Under the pieces are notes generated by a model, which saw nothing but the letters and a program-made list of their open reading frames with translations, had not been told where the DNA came from and did not search any database. From Obrimoposthia wandeli (lineage: Eukaryota), in NCBI GenBank assembly GCA_977020255.1, contig CDROCS010000907.1, positions 62,001-126,000 on the forward strand: a stretch of DNA of 64,000 bases. Direction: 5' to 3'. Positions 62,400-64,000 of this stretch are shown piece by piece (the stretch's first letter is position 1; each line of letters begins with the position of its first letter). The translations under genes and the position numbers were made by a program.

Positions 62400-63030
62400 T
62401 GTGAATGAGTTAGAAATACTAGATATTGGTGGATTCAAGGTACAAAAAGAAATGGAAGTCAACAGAAAAAGAAAAAAATTTAGTCCTCACAAAACACCAC
62501 ATTTTGGAATTATTTTCGAAGCTATGGTAACGTGGGTGAATCAAGCCATGCATAGAACTTAAATAATGTCAATGTGTTCGATGTCGAATTAATCACAGTT
62601 TCGATAGATGTAGAACAGTTGGTAAATTCAAAACCAAATAGTTATGAAGAAAAAAAGGGAAGGTGATTCTGATACGCTGACTTCAAACCATTTCATTAAT
62701 GGAGAAGGCTTCACCAATAGCTCATTTAAAAATAAAAATGGACTCAGGTGCCGTTACAGGTAAATTCAAAAGTTTAACGAACATTAAAGGAATCGATACA
62801 TATAATAGGTTGTTTCTCAATGGATTGTGCGATAGAAGTGGTTCAAGAAAAAGAATCCCTTGGAAATAAATTATGTTGTTTTAATTTTAGACACTCAAAA
62901 TGAAAAAGAAGCCTAAACAGTAAGGAAGGGTCATCGAATTGATTCTAGGTAGTGATGGTAAGGTTGGGGTTGCTAAAATAAGAAGTCAAGGTAAAGAGAT
63001 AGTCAGAGCATTTTGAAAATTATTTTTGAT
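62400..63030 (+). mobile_element. BEL/Pao retrotransposon integrase C-terminal remnant (DUF5641-like)
   Basis: TPHFGIIFEAMV, EQLVNSKP, TLTSNHFINGE, GRVIELILGSDGKVGVAKIR. Confidence 0.8.
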
Positions 63031-63840
63031 AATTGTTGTATAGGTTTTGTATGTAGAATTTCAGTAACTCGTTTTAAGTAGTCAGTGGTAGGGTAGAGTT
63101 GAGATTGATTTGAGGTGAGCTGTTTGAGTATGTTGAGTATGTTGAATGTTTTTAATACTTCCATGATTTGTTTGTTGGATGATATGATTAGATTATGGAG
63201 GACGTATGTTCGAATTAATGATCGCTGATTCACTTGTGTTTGTGGGATTCATAAATTGAGTCCAAATATTTTATGCACCTCTACATGATTGTGTTTAGGT
63301 GAACTTGTTTATGTCTGGCTATATAATATATAACATTGTCGATGTTTTGAAATATAAATTGAATTTTGATTTGGTTTCTTAGTAATGCTGAAAGGTATCG
63401 AAAATGTTTTGTTGCAGGAAAGGACTGATACCTCTCAAAGTATTCCTCAAACTATGTCGCAAATATCTGCAGTATATTCAATTGCAGAGGCTGTTCTTAC
63501 AACTTTGGAACAAGAGGAATGAACAAGCTCATTATTGACGAAAAATCAAATGCAGATATGGATAAAAAGAATCATAAACACTCCCACTGTGCATAAAAAT
63601 TTAGCTTTCTGATTAGAAGTATAACCATATTATTTTTGATATTAGAAAAATTTATAAAATTACATTATTGAGCAGTGTAATATTATCATAATTAATAATA
63701 GTAAATTATTCTAATAATCATATTTTGATATGTTTAAATAATAATGTTATCTTTCCGGAATTTTAAAATTTATAAAAAGTGAAAAAGATTCACAAAAAAT
63801 AATTTTTTAACATGTATAATTCCAATATTTCAAGAAGTAG

Positions 63841-63982
63841 CTTCGAAACTCCTCGAATGGCGGAGTCTATCGGGTCATCTCAGAATTCAGATGATGACTT
63901 CGACTCAACTAATATGATGAGACGTGACCGTCGCAGAGAATTACATACTCAAGCTGAGCAAAGGCGAAGAGATGCTATTAAG
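63841..63982 (+). CDS. MLX: Exon of a Max-like protein X (Mlx) bHLH-zip gene; continues beyond window
   Basis: MAESIGSSQNSDDDFDSTNMMRRDRRRELHTQAEQRRRDAIK|gtattt matches the Mlx basic region HTQAEQKRRDAIK; acceptor at 63834 or 63840. Confidence 0.85.
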
Positions 63983-64000
63983 GTATTTTAAATTAGATTT

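Overview
Eukaryotic (invertebrate; the divergent, insertion-rich TOR looks flatworm-like, but this is inference) AT-rich genomic DNA with three parts. (1) ~547-47075, + strand: a nearly complete target-of-rapamycin (mTOR) gene. I traced about 33-35 GC-rich exons by hand with consistent splice phases (HEAT, FAT, FRB, PIKK kinase, FATC; about 3,000 codons; the N-terminal exon(s) lie upstream of the window). Its introns hold many DNA-transposon relics (piggyBac, Merlin, Tigger/pogo, Chapaev3-like, a MITE) and tandem duplications. (2) ~48700-61200, + strand: a decayed Ty3/gypsy LTR retroelement with unusual cargo. After pol comes one continuous ~1,600-codon frame, broken only by nonsense mutations. 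It encodes three tandem IPT/TIG-like repeats, a dual-specificity phosphatase and a string of signal-peptide/transmembrane segments. Three paralogous RING-H2 genes follow, two with their own splice acceptor, and then an LTR-like repeat block. This is the best candidate for an undescribed system: a retrovirus-like element carrying phosphatase, ubiquitin-ligase and membrane-signalling accessory genes. (3) ~62400-64000: a BEL/Pao integrase remnant and an exon of an Mlx-type bHLH-zip gene. All family calls come from motif recognition by eye; no database searches were run.
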